A stretch of DNA of 63,212 nucleotides from a virus (Duplodnaviria > Caudoviricetes). Of this stretch, positions 31,001 to 39,881 are shown in pieces. Position 1 is the first letter of the stretch, and each line of letters begins with the position of its first letter. The stretch covers positions 1 to 63,212 of IMG/VR virus record IMGVR_UViG_3300044638_007250. One strand, 5' to 3'. The notes below the pieces were generated by a model that was not told the origin of the DNA, did no database searches, and was given only the letters and a program-made list of their open reading frames with translations. The position numbers and the translations under genes were made by a program.

Positions 31001-32419
31001 CCCTACTTGTTGTTGTGTAGTTTTTTCTAAATCAATATCATTTAGATTAACATTTTCTAATAACGTATCGTAAGTAATACTATTTTTAATGGGTGTGGCA
31101 CCTCTAGTACCAAGTGTTGGGTTTTCCGCCAATAATTTATTAAATTCCGAAGTATAACCACTTAATAATGTTTTTGCGGTTTGTTGTTTATCAACCTCAA
31201 TACCATCTTTAAACGTATACGTAAATGTACCGTTTTTCAATACGATAGGCTTTGGATTCATAAAAGTTCCAAACCAAGAAGTTTCAGAACCATAAACCTC
31301 ATTATAATAATTTTTTAAAGTTTCTTTATAAGCCCTAATGTTTGTTAAGGGTTCAACATCCGCCTTAATATATGTGTTGATAATATTTTTTTCTAAATTT
31401 TCTAACGAGTTCATAAACTGAGCAAATGTCAGTTCGGGAAAATCTGGGTCTAACAATCCTTTAGCCTTATACTCACTATATACTTCTTTAACTTTCTGAT
31501 ATCCTTTTTCACTCACAACCTGAACTGTAACATTATTTTGACTCGCAGTCGATTGACCAATATTACCCCCCGTTTGTTTTGTTTGTGCCTCTATATTTTT
31601 ATTACCACCTTCAGTTGATGTCGGTGATTTAGTAAAATCAAATCTTGTACTGTACATGTGTGGAGCAGCAAGAAGATTACCCATAGATATTTCATTCAAA
31701 ATATTAAACTTATATCCTACAAATTCTAAACTTATTGAATAGTTTCCACTAAAAGAGTTAAATCTAGCATTAAAAGTTTTTAAATTTAATTGGTATTTTA
31801 TCGCTTGTCCGTAATATCCCTTTAGTGTTAAATAAAATGGTGGGTATGGTAGGTTAAAAAACGCTGCGTAAGGTGAGTTATCACCCAATTGAAATAGTGC
31901 TCTTCCTTGTATGTCTTCTAACTCCATTGTTACTGTAGGAATAAATGAAGTATTTGTAGTTACACTAATATTTGTAATACCTAGTAAACCATTATCTTTT
32001 GATGTCCCACCTGGATTTACAACAGTTACTTTATTGTATGGAGTATTACCATTATTTGGTTCTACCAACTGACTACGAATTTGATTATCCCCTAAACCAT
32101 TTCTGGAGTTTTTACCTGTTAATTCGTCATAATACCCTGTGGTCAACGAAGTCCCCTCAGTAGGTCGTAAAAAATTAATTTTTGCAACAGAAATTACTGT
32201 TGCGGTATCTTCAGGAGTTCCTCCAACCGCTAATTTAGTCCTTGGTAATAATTCAGCTTCAAGGTTGGCGAACATAACCATCTTTTCATGGTCAACCAAT
32301 CTTTCACGAATATTACCAAACGCGTCAATAGTTTTATTCGGGTCAACAACAATTATGTTGTTATAATCAAATTCAACTAAAATATTTCCGCTATTGTCCC
32401 CTGGTGTGTTACCTGCCAT
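25058..32419 (-). CDS. Giant baseplate hub-like protein with C-terminal IPT/TIG domain
   Basis: 2453 aa; GNALIQPTMYFNL...FNGPYLITDVSHTI...FQTSFTGVR resembles the end of gp27/GPD hub folds; PNVTSFSPLTGVTGTILNLTGTDL is IPT/TIG-like. Confidence 0.65.
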   Translation of the reverse strand: MAGNTPGDNSGNILVEFDYNNIIVVDPNKTIDAFGNIRERLVDHEKMVMFANLEAELLPRTKLAVGGTPEDTATVISVAKINFLRPTEGTSLTTGYYDELTGKNSRNGLGDNQIRSQLVEPNNGNTPYNKVTVVNPGGTSKDNGLLGITNISVTTNTSFIPTVTMELEDIQGRALFQLGDNSPYAAFFNLPYPPFYLTLKGYYGQAIKYQLNLKTFNARFNSFSGNYSISLEFVGYKFNILNEISMGNLLAAPHMYSTRFDFTKSPTSTEGGNKNIEAQTKQTGGNIGQSTASQNNVTVQVVSEKGYQKVKEVYSEYKAKGLLDPDFPELTFAQFMNSLENLEKNIINTYIKADVEPLTNIRAYKETLKNYYNEVYGSETSWFGTFMNPKPIVLKNGTFTYTFKDGIEVDKQQTAKTLLSGYTSEFNKLLAENPTLGTRGATPIKNSITYDTLLENVNLNDIDLEKTTQQQVGSTVVSEADKKTTSDYLSKILSEQLETTLSSGAIPNPNKSTNLVIPPLFVFKSDTVTNLTRPRFENLIYQMEAEANRQLTEYETRLTADFQRKIEDPTLGIGFKPTVRNVSAVIMASAEAFIRLMDEVHTNAWNVKYDPVRQLAILDNPSSAPGVDTTDKTSISQEAQNENQGLSTAKVPVYPWPQFFKETPEDKKGRFQLTYIADPSVVDITKGYLYEKWPEVEFVEEYMKGLTQKFNPPVAQVPTDSQATTNIININAIEYPSNGIAYVNKEEIKFFYEIWERQFLTSNYSNFVRATGNQLSQLTDLILSSETSNIVTSLGISAPFLTLKLKNYDITAQNYPQFLSNISNQGTGKAYQEYIRDFFVTPYIRNLTENSFNILTTNELGKEPQIIAKYEALEQLVKNATSEPLIIDTYPFTNPSWVSQNMSQSNRSQGNGVYDTKQVLTVFKERNVISNFNSVYNYTTNRPVTNFSYLKVSNPTTEISETGLNVFYTLRKNPDEFVPTESYITHTRAITNATTETTTSMLNTPYMVNAIQNGVYNWRRKDKHPYVQAAYLFINSLPLASLRERYRTDGASSELDYIASCFKKFGAIHKMPYSWVLKMGSIWYRYKYYKTNGVDFLDSAWTNFDYKTNYDPITSADTKTYEFEFDGVKKITLQNTSDPTIQKIQTGFYPKVINDFNVFYNGYDLYVNYDNQEIQASINGGMKVYNFVDSNVIPTSSNVGIATGSPTASTIQTWSVILPDTVMDLPALSGNCSPNQNTTSIKYFIVPSFGTPFNQVSSELLQNNVQNFSFLNDPSIYNGSVRLLWAAPNYGYFKSNEIIKPSPDKYLNKILTGNTKQAPFKFLITDEYSNIEEIFSVFDKSILDKFEQEFLNFSRPVADIELGPQVAVPIGQSPVDNNAVYKNFQYLFRSLMTIESNAGQTTTEYFNTIPNTQLSSFSTTIKSFLEYDVILKYGNPSNYKRRVVDSFLASNGGANDIVDPINFGTYVTNSLPSAGGTITLAQSKALFQSQWLALETEIGFSTIQNLVYTDQGSYITDFFIDNNIEFSVANITLCSQLIKQYATQKLLTPTLNSNEFKSRLQTYLDGTSALQDLFLNQVLNRVRAKLPNQQELPEKSIQSVIDGQQSKVENYEVFKALNDKWISGGDFTSKTLFEDFLFLDRASRNIGDTIIVDIISLKDTLLGTKTFEETSMNMEMSVFTFLSGILIKNKFNVMPLPAYVNFYNVQDVDGTTISQNTEGSLEFADNMWGTFLDVDYRKSGPKMVCFYAGLPSAHLDLPKGNSRYRNDSFELRRASENPLIENQQGKKDWAVSNRCVGFNVDIGTRNQNIFYSFNVSMDSGKATSETIQTQLNMVNQANGKNSATQNVGLYNLYKQRSYQCNIVSFGNALIQPTMYFNLRHVPMFNGPYLITDVSHTINAGEFQTSFTGVRQGIYDLPSIDNLLQSINQNLLTQIESAILAKKDNKPNKPTTNINKTALLQQQGNNVAASVNSCTEKLNTNYSTWGDFKESATITLSPLQLADEIRNKTDNPDLQVLIYLMCYIKTFNKDSFYGYNNNFANVDLSLYWGPSTQYFIQKQASCVDVPNSTGSPSSTPIANFENLDKFLSFMVARLTPNINRIFYGENGEAPLGLPKYYVCYWLPATSANPNIPPSYFDENQNEFKTTIDTVKKGIKSAGDVQLNVASAKTIKTAGDAQAQQIASGGKGATNNLNTSNPPPPSCLPPNVTSFSPLTGVTGTILNLTGTDLGSITSVTINNVSVTTGITINNSASVVVVVPFSNTTVPQNNTISVYGIHGSGTTTNTFTYNPQQPTPAPPTVVPAVPPNSNTNPQQTGPVVMVSEFDANDYELTVKINPELIPGGFLGNAEWLYLSAPLPSLTYQFVRMSATSNNQVVQVVLGEGTIPSSYMDDFFNNPTTYVINAEDVLFYFENEGIDIPQGTSRVLCKLKISARKIQQPNENSSATQFFPFAFPQ

Positions 32420-32732
32420 AATAATAAAAATAATTTTCTAAAGCGGCTTTATAATCCTGTAAAGAAGGTAGTAGTGGATACGGAATAATCAATACCGCAC
32501 CATCGAATATGTTATTTTCCAAACCACCAAATTGTGGATTTGCCTGTAAAATCAACCAACCAAAATATGGTGAGTTATAATACTCTTGAGAAACAACGTC
32601 CAGTCTACTTCTTGCAACTTTATATATGTAGGCCTTGTCCGTAGGTTTTTGTGGTAGTTGCACAAATGGAACTACAGTCTGTTCACCGTTAATTAAGAAG
32701 TCACTATATCTATTCCAATATTGATATGCCAT
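32409..32732 (-). CDS. LysM-like baseplate protein (gp53 / tail X-like)
   Basis: 107 aa; RLDVVSQEYYNSPYFGWLILQANP...GAVLIIP. Confidence 0.8.
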   Translation of the reverse strand: MAYQYWNRYSDFLINGEQTVVPFVQLPQKPTDKAYIYKVARSRLDVVSQEYYNSPYFGWLILQANPQFGGLENNIFDGAVLIIPYPLLPSLQDYKAALENYFYYYGR

Positions 32733-35700
32733 TAGTTAAGTTTTACTTTAGAAATAAACACTGATGCACCTAATTCGTCATTCCATGTTTTATTATTTGT
32801 GTTTTGGTTTTCAACAGCTCCAAGTCCTTTTATTAGTGTCACCCTACCCTCATCATTCGCATTTTCACTAGTGTAAGTGAACAATCTTTCTTTACCAAGT
32901 GTATATGGTGTAAACTTCAAGAAGTTTTGTAATTTTTCTTTTTCAATATAATCAATAAACTCTTTAGTTAAATCATTTTCATTCACAAAAGCGGGTTTAG
33001 CACTAACCTTCCAATAAGCGTCAAAAAGATTATTTAAGGTTGTTGTTGAAGTGTCACCAAGAATACTAGGATTATTAAGTATATTACCAATTAAGGCATT
33101 TTTAAATGTTTCATACTTTTTATCGTCCACAACATCATTAGAAATTATCATATACACTCTTCTAAATGAAGGTTTATCAAAAAGATTTATTCTACTAAAA
33201 GGTACAAATACTTTTTGGTTTTCAGGTAATTTATAACCTTTATCAAAAACCAAAATACCTTCATAAGATTTACCCCCAATACTAAGACCTTTAGTTTCAA
33301 AAGTAGTTACTGAACCAACAACTTTATTAAATCCACTAATACCTAAACTAATTAAAGTTAAATCTTCTTTTAGTTCATCTAAAGTATTTGTAACATTTTG
33401 CGAACTAGTGTGCACTTGTGAAGTACCAGATATCACATAACTTATAACTTTACCCATCTTGTCTTGTTTTCCATCAGTACCTCTATTGGTAAAAGTAGGT
33501 GCATAATAAACAATAGTATTTGACTTCGCTAATGAACGAATATAAATCTGTTGGGCATCAGTCATACTTTGAGTTATAGTTGTTATTGGATTTAGAAAAG
33601 AGCCTTTTTTATCCTCAACAAATTTTGAATAATTTTCTTTTAATTGTCTAATTATTTTATTTGAAATATTTTTTTGTGGTTCATTCATAAACTCTATAAA
33701 ACCTTCATTACTGTTTTTTATATCTTTCAGTAACTCATCAAAAATAACGTCGACTCTTTGTTGGGTATTGTTTGGTTTTCCATACAACACTGTGTCACTT
33801 TGAGCGGTAGTAGAGATTTTACCATCCATATAATTTCTTTCTAACATCCACTGTTGTCTCATAGCATTATTATATTGATTTGCAACCTCTCTATTCTTGT
33901 TAACAACTGTAGTAAAATATGTTTGGGTATCCGTTACTAAATTATCCATGAAAGTTTTATAGTTAATTTCACCAGTCTCAATTCCTGAAACATTAACTTG
34001 ACTACTAACTATACTTCCAATTGTGTTTTCGTTACTTTGTCCATTATCAACCGCAGCATTATTGATTGTTGGAGGCACAACACCAGAAATTGCCGCAAAT
34101 TGTAAAAACTCTTTATCCAATACTTGATAACTTGTATCAGTAACATCTGCCCTATCATCGTAAATTTCAGTATTGGCATAGTAGTTAAATGTTAATGCAT
34201 TCTGTAACTTATCAACAGATTCTTTAAGACCACTACCACCAACAAAATTAAATGCTAATGTTACCTTTGCAATCATTGGCTGAACACCAATCCCTTCAGG
34301 GTTAATATCTAATTGTTCGTACGCTAAACTTAAACTTGTTGGGATTATTTTTGTATTATAAAAATCACCAATTCTCAATATTAATACTGGTGGTGTACCA
34401 AAAGCTGTGTTTGTGGCATTGTTATATTCTAAAACATCTTTACCACCAACAGATTTTACAACAGGTATAGTATCACCTGGCCTCATACATTGTTGTAAGA
34501 ATGTTAATCTTGTATTCAATCCTTCAGGTGTAATCGCGTGGAAAGCAGGTTGGAAGAATTTCAATTTATCTTTTAGATTATCAAACACCATAGGTGTCTC
34601 TTCTTTGATTACCTCAAAATAATCACACTCAGATAATAAAGACCTCAAAACCCTTTTTGTAATATTATCTCTAACAACTGCAACATTTTCTATTTGAGTT
34701 TGAGTTTCAGTTTTAGTTACAACATTACCCGTCACAACAGTTATATACTTGGGTGGTAAAACAGGGTCGGGAGATTTTAACTTATTATCTATTTTTGATA
34801 TGAACGCCCTTCTACAAGACATTGCTGGTGTTGTGTAAATATCTTTAGCCCCAACCTGAGTATCACCACCAACCGCGTTTTGGTTTGTGTCGGTACAGTT
34901 TACAGATTGAGCTGGTGACATCTCATTAACAGAATAAGGTTCTTGAGTCTTTTTAGATTTTAGTGGTGTTGATGTTGCAACTTCACCAAATCCAGTACCA
35001 CTAACAACCAACAATCTTTTTTCTTCAATATATTTTTTTGTTGCAGGATTCTCGTTAAAAAATCTTATAACCGATGCAATCCTTCTTGCCGCCAAAGATT
35101 TATTGTATTCAACAGTTTGTGGTGCAGAACAACTTGAGTCAATTGAAATTGTAACAGTACCAGAAGTACTATTTTTAATTTGCTCAGCAACATCAATAGC
35201 CAATTGTTGAGCAATTTTATAGTTTGGTGTAATTACAGTATTATAAAATTCATCTAACTGAGGACCGTTTGATTTTTTTGAATACGTTGGTTTTTCTTCA
35301 ATATATTCATCATACATTTCATTGTAATTAGGTGCAGTTTTTGGTCGTGGGTAATCATTTGAAAAATAAAAACCAATTTGTTCGTATTTTGACAAATCAA
35401 TACCTCCATTACCATTACTACCACCAGAACCTGTAGCTCCTCCACCACTATTTGGTGCCGCGAGTTCAGGTTCTACTTTAATTGTGTTTGCAATATATTC
35501 CATTTGTTCCCTTGTAACTTCTTTTGAAGTAATTGCTTGTTGCATTTGAAACAAATCATTTGGATTAATTGTATAGTATTTTTTAGCTAATTCATAGATA
35601 TCATATTTTCTACACCCCGCAAAGAATGAATCCAATATTCCATCAATTCTTGTCTTGTTAGTTTCATTACCTAAAACTTTATTAACAATAACATTCAATA

Positions 35701-37774
35701 CTGATGGGTGGTCAACAACAATATCCCAAGTTAAACTACCTGTTCTACTTGTATTTTTATATGTATAAATGGGTTCAGGTCTTCCGATAAAATCATTTTG
35801 ATTCCAACTTGCCTGTACTGATTCGTTGAATGTTAAGTTATATGGTGGGAACCACATTACTCTACCTCCGTTAGGACCTCTCTCACACACCGCCAAATCT
35901 GACACAGAGTAACCAGGCGCATTTGATGTCGCCCACGCCAAGTTCTCCAATGAGAACATATATTTCTTAGCATAAGCGTTATTCATCGTACCAATAATAT
36001 TGGTCGAGTCTTGACCTCCTTCTTGTTTGTTTGGTCCAATGTTAAGATTATAAGTCTTATCCAATACCGACCAAGAAAATCTTCTACCTTCAGTTGTTAT
36101 ACCGTCAGTCTTTTGAAGGTCATTGTATTGTAAGTACGGAACGTCTTTGGCAAACACACGACAGTATTCAGTACCAACCTCTTGTCCGATTGCCCCAACA
36201 TAACTTAACACTCTTGAACCTTTCGTCATTTCTTTATACCCATCATTGAATACTTTACTAACTTGGTCAATTGCATTACCCGCGTGTTTTAAACGATTAC
36301 CACCTTGTGGTTGGCTATCAATAATTCTTTGAGTGTCGTCAAGAATAGAACCTTCTCTAAATGTTCTTTCCGTTGACTCAGTGGTATTATACGATGATGG
36401 TTTAAAGTCTTCGTCGTCATTAGTTATTTGTCCACCAATACCAACTTTTTTACCAGCATTACCTTTGTATTTTGGTGACACCCATGTGAAACCACCTTCA
36501 ATACCCCCACCGTTACCATAGGTCGGTCCGTTAGCACCAAGTCTAATTTCTTTACTTGGTCCTTCATATAACTGAGCCAACTCTTCAGGACCATAAACAG
36601 GAGCTTGAACTTCATTTCCATAAGGGTCATTTGGTAATGAACCTGATGGTGAAAATATTCTTGATGGTTCAGACGTTGTTGAACCAACGTAATAATTGGC
36701 ATTGTTTGTATTGGTTCCAACAAGGGCCCCACCCAAACGGTCAATTAATGTTCGGTCATAACTTGGCTTGTATCTGTTAAAGTTTATATTCTTAAACAAT
36801 AAAGATTTTTGTCCTTGTCCCGTATTTTCAAAAAATATTTGAGAACCTGTCTTACCCGCGCCTAATAGGTTACTAATAAAGTTACCTGCCGCAGCTAACG
36901 GATTACCAAGTAACGCTTGTTGGATTGTTGTTGGTTGTGGCGGATTAATATTTGGGTCCCAATAAGAACCTGGTATAGTTGAGAACGGTAATTGACTACC
37001 CCCAAGACTTAACGCAAATTGTGCTGCAGCCCCTAAAGGATTGTTAGGTACCGTAATATTATAGTTTGGTTCAATTATCGGAACATTACCTGTTAAAATA
37101 TTAACAAGGTTTGTACTACTATTAACATTTAAAATGTTTGCCCTACCAATCGTTTCTCTAATAATAGCTCTACCGATTCGGTCTTCAAATTCTCTCTTTA
37201 AAGTTTTTGCACCTAAACGAGCGATGAATGAATCCGCGCTTAATAATCCATTACTACCAAGAGGGTCGGGACTTAATAGGATAGAAACTGAACGATAAGA
37301 CGATGCGTTAAACGTTGGGTATGGTTGTCCATTTGGTGGTCTGTCTTGGTCAGGTCTAACCGTCTCTAATGTTGTTACCGCTTCACCCGCATCAAAGTTA
37401 TTTGAACTTGAATACGCATTTAATGGTCTCCACTTTTGAGTTGCCGCAAATCCCGTATCAACGATGTGAGCGTCTTGTTGACCTGGTCCATATTCCCCGT
37501 TATTTGAAACAGTATTTAAATTTCCTGAAATGTCGGGAGCAAATTCATATCCACCTTCATTACCCCATCTGTTAAGGGTATATTGTTTGTCGGCAAAAAA
37601 TGTTGTATCAATTAAGAAATCAGGACTATCAATAACAGAAATATCCCCCTGAACCACTTCGTAAGTAATTGGCGGGGTTGCAGGGCTTGGTGATTTACCG
37701 TAAGGTTTTAAATTACGGGTCATCAGTTTTTTTCTGAAGCCTTCGGTACTAATATAATCTAATGGACTACCCAT
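32732..37774 (-). CDS. Large tail protein: tube-initiator-like region plus OmpA-like domain
   Basis: 1680 aa; W...DFIGRPEPIYTYKNTSR (tube-initiator-like); YNKSLAARRIASV...GFGE...CRR (OmpA-C-like); directly after tape measure. Confidence 0.6.
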   Translation of the reverse strand: MGSPLDYISTEGFRKKLMTRNLKPYGKSPSPATPPITYEVVQGDISVIDSPDFLIDTTFFADKQYTLNRWGNEGGYEFAPDISGNLNTVSNNGEYGPGQQDAHIVDTGFAATQKWRPLNAYSSSNNFDAGEAVTTLETVRPDQDRPPNGQPYPTFNASSYRSVSILLSPDPLGSNGLLSADSFIARLGAKTLKREFEDRIGRAIIRETIGRANILNVNSSTNLVNILTGNVPIIEPNYNITVPNNPLGAAAQFALSLGGSQLPFSTIPGSYWDPNINPPQPTTIQQALLGNPLAAAGNFISNLLGAGKTGSQIFFENTGQGQKSLLFKNINFNRYKPSYDRTLIDRLGGALVGTNTNNANYYVGSTTSEPSRIFSPSGSLPNDPYGNEVQAPVYGPEELAQLYEGPSKEIRLGANGPTYGNGGGIEGGFTWVSPKYKGNAGKKVGIGGQITNDDEDFKPSSYNTTESTERTFREGSILDDTQRIIDSQPQGGNRLKHAGNAIDQVSKVFNDGYKEMTKGSRVLSYVGAIGQEVGTEYCRVFAKDVPYLQYNDLQKTDGITTEGRRFSWSVLDKTYNLNIGPNKQEGGQDSTNIIGTMNNAYAKKYMFSLENLAWATSNAPGYSVSDLAVCERGPNGGRVMWFPPYNLTFNESVQASWNQNDFIGRPEPIYTYKNTSRTGSLTWDIVVDHPSVLNVIVNKVLGNETNKTRIDGILDSFFAGCRKYDIYELAKKYYTINPNDLFQMQQAITSKEVTREQMEYIANTIKVEPELAAPNSGGGATGSGGSNGNGGIDLSKYEQIGFYFSNDYPRPKTAPNYNEMYDEYIEEKPTYSKKSNGPQLDEFYNTVITPNYKIAQQLAIDVAEQIKNSTSGTVTISIDSSCSAPQTVEYNKSLAARRIASVIRFFNENPATKKYIEEKRLLVVSGTGFGEVATSTPLKSKKTQEPYSVNEMSPAQSVNCTDTNQNAVGGDTQVGAKDIYTTPAMSCRRAFISKIDNKLKSPDPVLPPKYITVVTGNVVTKTETQTQIENVAVVRDNITKRVLRSLLSECDYFEVIKEETPMVFDNLKDKLKFFQPAFHAITPEGLNTRLTFLQQCMRPGDTIPVVKSVGGKDVLEYNNATNTAFGTPPVLILRIGDFYNTKIIPTSLSLAYEQLDINPEGIGVQPMIAKVTLAFNFVGGSGLKESVDKLQNALTFNYYANTEIYDDRADVTDTSYQVLDKEFLQFAAISGVVPPTINNAAVDNGQSNENTIGSIVSSQVNVSGIETGEINYKTFMDNLVTDTQTYFTTVVNKNREVANQYNNAMRQQWMLERNYMDGKISTTAQSDTVLYGKPNNTQQRVDVIFDELLKDIKNSNEGFIEFMNEPQKNISNKIIRQLKENYSKFVEDKKGSFLNPITTITQSMTDAQQIYIRSLAKSNTIVYYAPTFTNRGTDGKQDKMGKVISYVISGTSQVHTSSQNVTNTLDELKEDLTLISLGISGFNKVVGSVTTFETKGLSIGGKSYEGILVFDKGYKLPENQKVFVPFSRINLFDKPSFRRVYMIISNDVVDDKKYETFKNALIGNILNNPSILGDTSTTTLNNLFDAYWKVSAKPAFVNENDLTKEFIDYIEKEKLQNFLKFTPYTLGKERLFTYTSENANDEGRVTLIKGLGAVENQNTNNKTWNDELGASVFISKVKLN

Positions 37775-37815
37775 CTATAACTTTATTAATAAATAGGTTA
37801 ATTGAGTTTTTTTTA

Positions 37816-39657
37816 TCATTGATATGCAACAACTCCTGAACCTTTTGTATCTTTTCCAAGATTAGCAACATATTGTTTAAACGCATCACTATTGAATATT
37901 TGCGTTAATTGTTGTTGTGTTAAACCATTCGCCCCAACAGACCCATCTATTGTAATTTTTATGTTTCCTGTAACGTCATTTTTTACATTAGTTGTGCTAG
38001 GTTGTTTTGACTCTATTTGTTTCGCAGCAACTTTAGACTGTATACTTTGTCCTAATATATCCGACTCAGATAAAGGTTTGACTTGAGCCTTTTCTTTTAC
38101 CGCATTGGCAGCGGCATTTGTTTTAACTCCAGCAGCGCTTAAAGTTTCATTTATAAAGTTTTTAAATTCTTTTTCAATTCCGCTAGTTCCCGTAATTTTC
38201 TTATTCGCATCCTGTAATAAATCTTTCAAAGCATCAACACCTGTTTGACCTAAACTATTAGCTTGGCTCATTATACTGTTTTCTAACTCTTCAACTTGTT
38301 TACTAAAATCTTGTTCACTTAATTTACCAGCATCTTTTTGAACAAATAGTGCACTCATTTTATCAACTGCGTCGGTAACTTTTTTAGTAATTTCCGCGCT
38401 TTCAGGAACCGCTTTATCGATTGAACTAACAACCGCTCGACTAATTCTTTCAGCACCTGTAAGATTACCTCTAATAACAGGTGTCGCTGCAACACCAAAA
38501 GTACCCTTAGCAATATTTGCATCCAATGAAGATTGAATATTTTTTAAAACGTCTAACTGACTTATTTGAATATCTTCTAAAGTTTTAGGTCTATTTTCTT
38601 GTTGTTCTCTTAATTTTTCAAATTCGTCTTGAGTTAGGTCTGCAAGTTTTTTCTGTTCAATATTACCTTTGTCATCTTTAATTTGAACAACGTACTCACC
38701 TTCTTTACCCATCGTTGCCATGTTGGCCAACAATTTCTTATCTTCTTCATTTTCAAAACTAATTGAAGGGCTAATTGCCGATAATCTTTTATCTAAATCC
38801 GCAGCTGCCAAAGCAGTTTTAGATAATTCAGCAGCACTAATACCTGTAACATCAGCCATTTCTTTTAACATTAAGATACCTTGAGGGTTTATCTTAAATG
38901 TTTTTGTTTTTTCATCAAACTCAGTAAATTGTTTTGTCGCATTAATAATACTATCTTGTAATGCTCCAGGGTCGGTTAATGATTGATTCATTAACGCAAA
39001 TGGGTCAGTAAGATTTCCAATTGAAACTCCTAATCTTTGGAACCCTGCAGCGGCTTCAATTGCACCTTCAGGTCCCATAACTTTGTTTGCAAAGTTTGCG
39101 GTGTTTTGCATATCAAACCTCAACATAGAAGCTTGTGCTGCCATTTTTGTTAAACCAGCAACACCATCGGCAAAACTAAATTGATTCATCAACGCCATGT
39201 TGTCGGTAACTTCACCCATAACAACCTGAGCATTTAGACCAACACTTTGTACATATTCTATAGATTGTTCTAAGTTGGTACCAATTTGAGACGCCTCTAC
39301 ACCCGCCTGTGCAAAATTACGAACAATAGTCTCTGTATCTTTACCAATAATTTGACTAGCGGCAAATAATTTACTAACCTGTTCTTCCGTAGCCAAAACA
39401 TTTCTTTCAGAACCTCTGGCAATATCTGCCATTGTTGATGAAACTTGTTCAATACTACCACCCAAACGAATAACACCAGCGGCAGACCTAGCAACCGCAT
39501 CAGCCATTTCATCCATTCTGGTTCTACCTTGAAGAAATGCGTTGTTAAGATTTTCGGCACCTTGGTACATATCCCCAATAGATTCCAATATCTTATCGAT
39601 AGGAGATTTTAAGCCTTCTATGGAGTTTTTTAGATTTTCAAAATCGTTTTCCGCCAT
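37816..39657 (-). CDS. Tape measure protein (putative)
   Basis: 613 aa; Ala/Gln/Leu-rich helical sequence; synteny tube - chaperone - TMP. Confidence 0.7.
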   Translation of the reverse strand: MAENDFENLKNSIEGLKSPIDKILESIGDMYQGAENLNNAFLQGRTRMDEMADAVARSAAGVIRLGGSIEQVSSTMADIARGSERNVLATEEQVSKLFAASQIIGKDTETIVRNFAQAGVEASQIGTNLEQSIEYVQSVGLNAQVVMGEVTDNMALMNQFSFADGVAGLTKMAAQASMLRFDMQNTANFANKVMGPEGAIEAAAGFQRLGVSIGNLTDPFALMNQSLTDPGALQDSIINATKQFTEFDEKTKTFKINPQGILMLKEMADVTGISAAELSKTALAAADLDKRLSAISPSISFENEEDKKLLANMATMGKEGEYVVQIKDDKGNIEQKKLADLTQDEFEKLREQQENRPKTLEDIQISQLDVLKNIQSSLDANIAKGTFGVAATPVIRGNLTGAERISRAVVSSIDKAVPESAEITKKVTDAVDKMSALFVQKDAGKLSEQDFSKQVEELENSIMSQANSLGQTGVDALKDLLQDANKKITGTSGIEKEFKNFINETLSAAGVKTNAAANAVKEKAQVKPLSESDILGQSIQSKVAAKQIESKQPSTTNVKNDVTGNIKITIDGSVGANGLTQQQLTQIFNSDAFKQYVANLGKDTKGSGVVAYQ

Positions 39658-39685
39658 TTTATATTATCAGTTTGTATATAAATAG

Positions 39686-39713
39686 AAGAAGGACTAATTT
39701 TTTAGTCCTTCTT
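39686..39713. terminator. Perfect hairpin between chaperone extension and TMP
   Basis: AAGAAGGACTAA-TTTT-TTAGTCCTTCTT, 12-bp stem. Confidence 0.55.
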
Positions 39714-39881
39714 GTTATCTTCAAGCCATTTATTTAGTAGATACTTTCTAACAAATATTGGCATTCTTTCAAAATCTTGGTAGGTTATACCTAATAATGT
39801 TCTTAAATAATAAAATTCGTCAATTTGACTTTTTCTATAATCAGAAGAAAGGGCGAAAAAAGTCGACCCCAAAACCAACAT
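39702..39881 (-). CDS. Tail assembly chaperone C-terminal extension / gp51-like small ORF (below ORF-track cutoff)
   Basis: 59 aa MLVLGSTFFALSSDYRKSQIDEFYYLRTLLGITYQDFERMPIFVRKYLLNKWLEDNKKD in the +1 frame, overlapping the chaperone 3' end. Confidence 0.7.
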   Translation of the reverse strand: MLVLGSTFFALSSDYRKSQIDEFYYLRTLLGITYQDFERMPIFVRKYLLNKWLEDNKKD

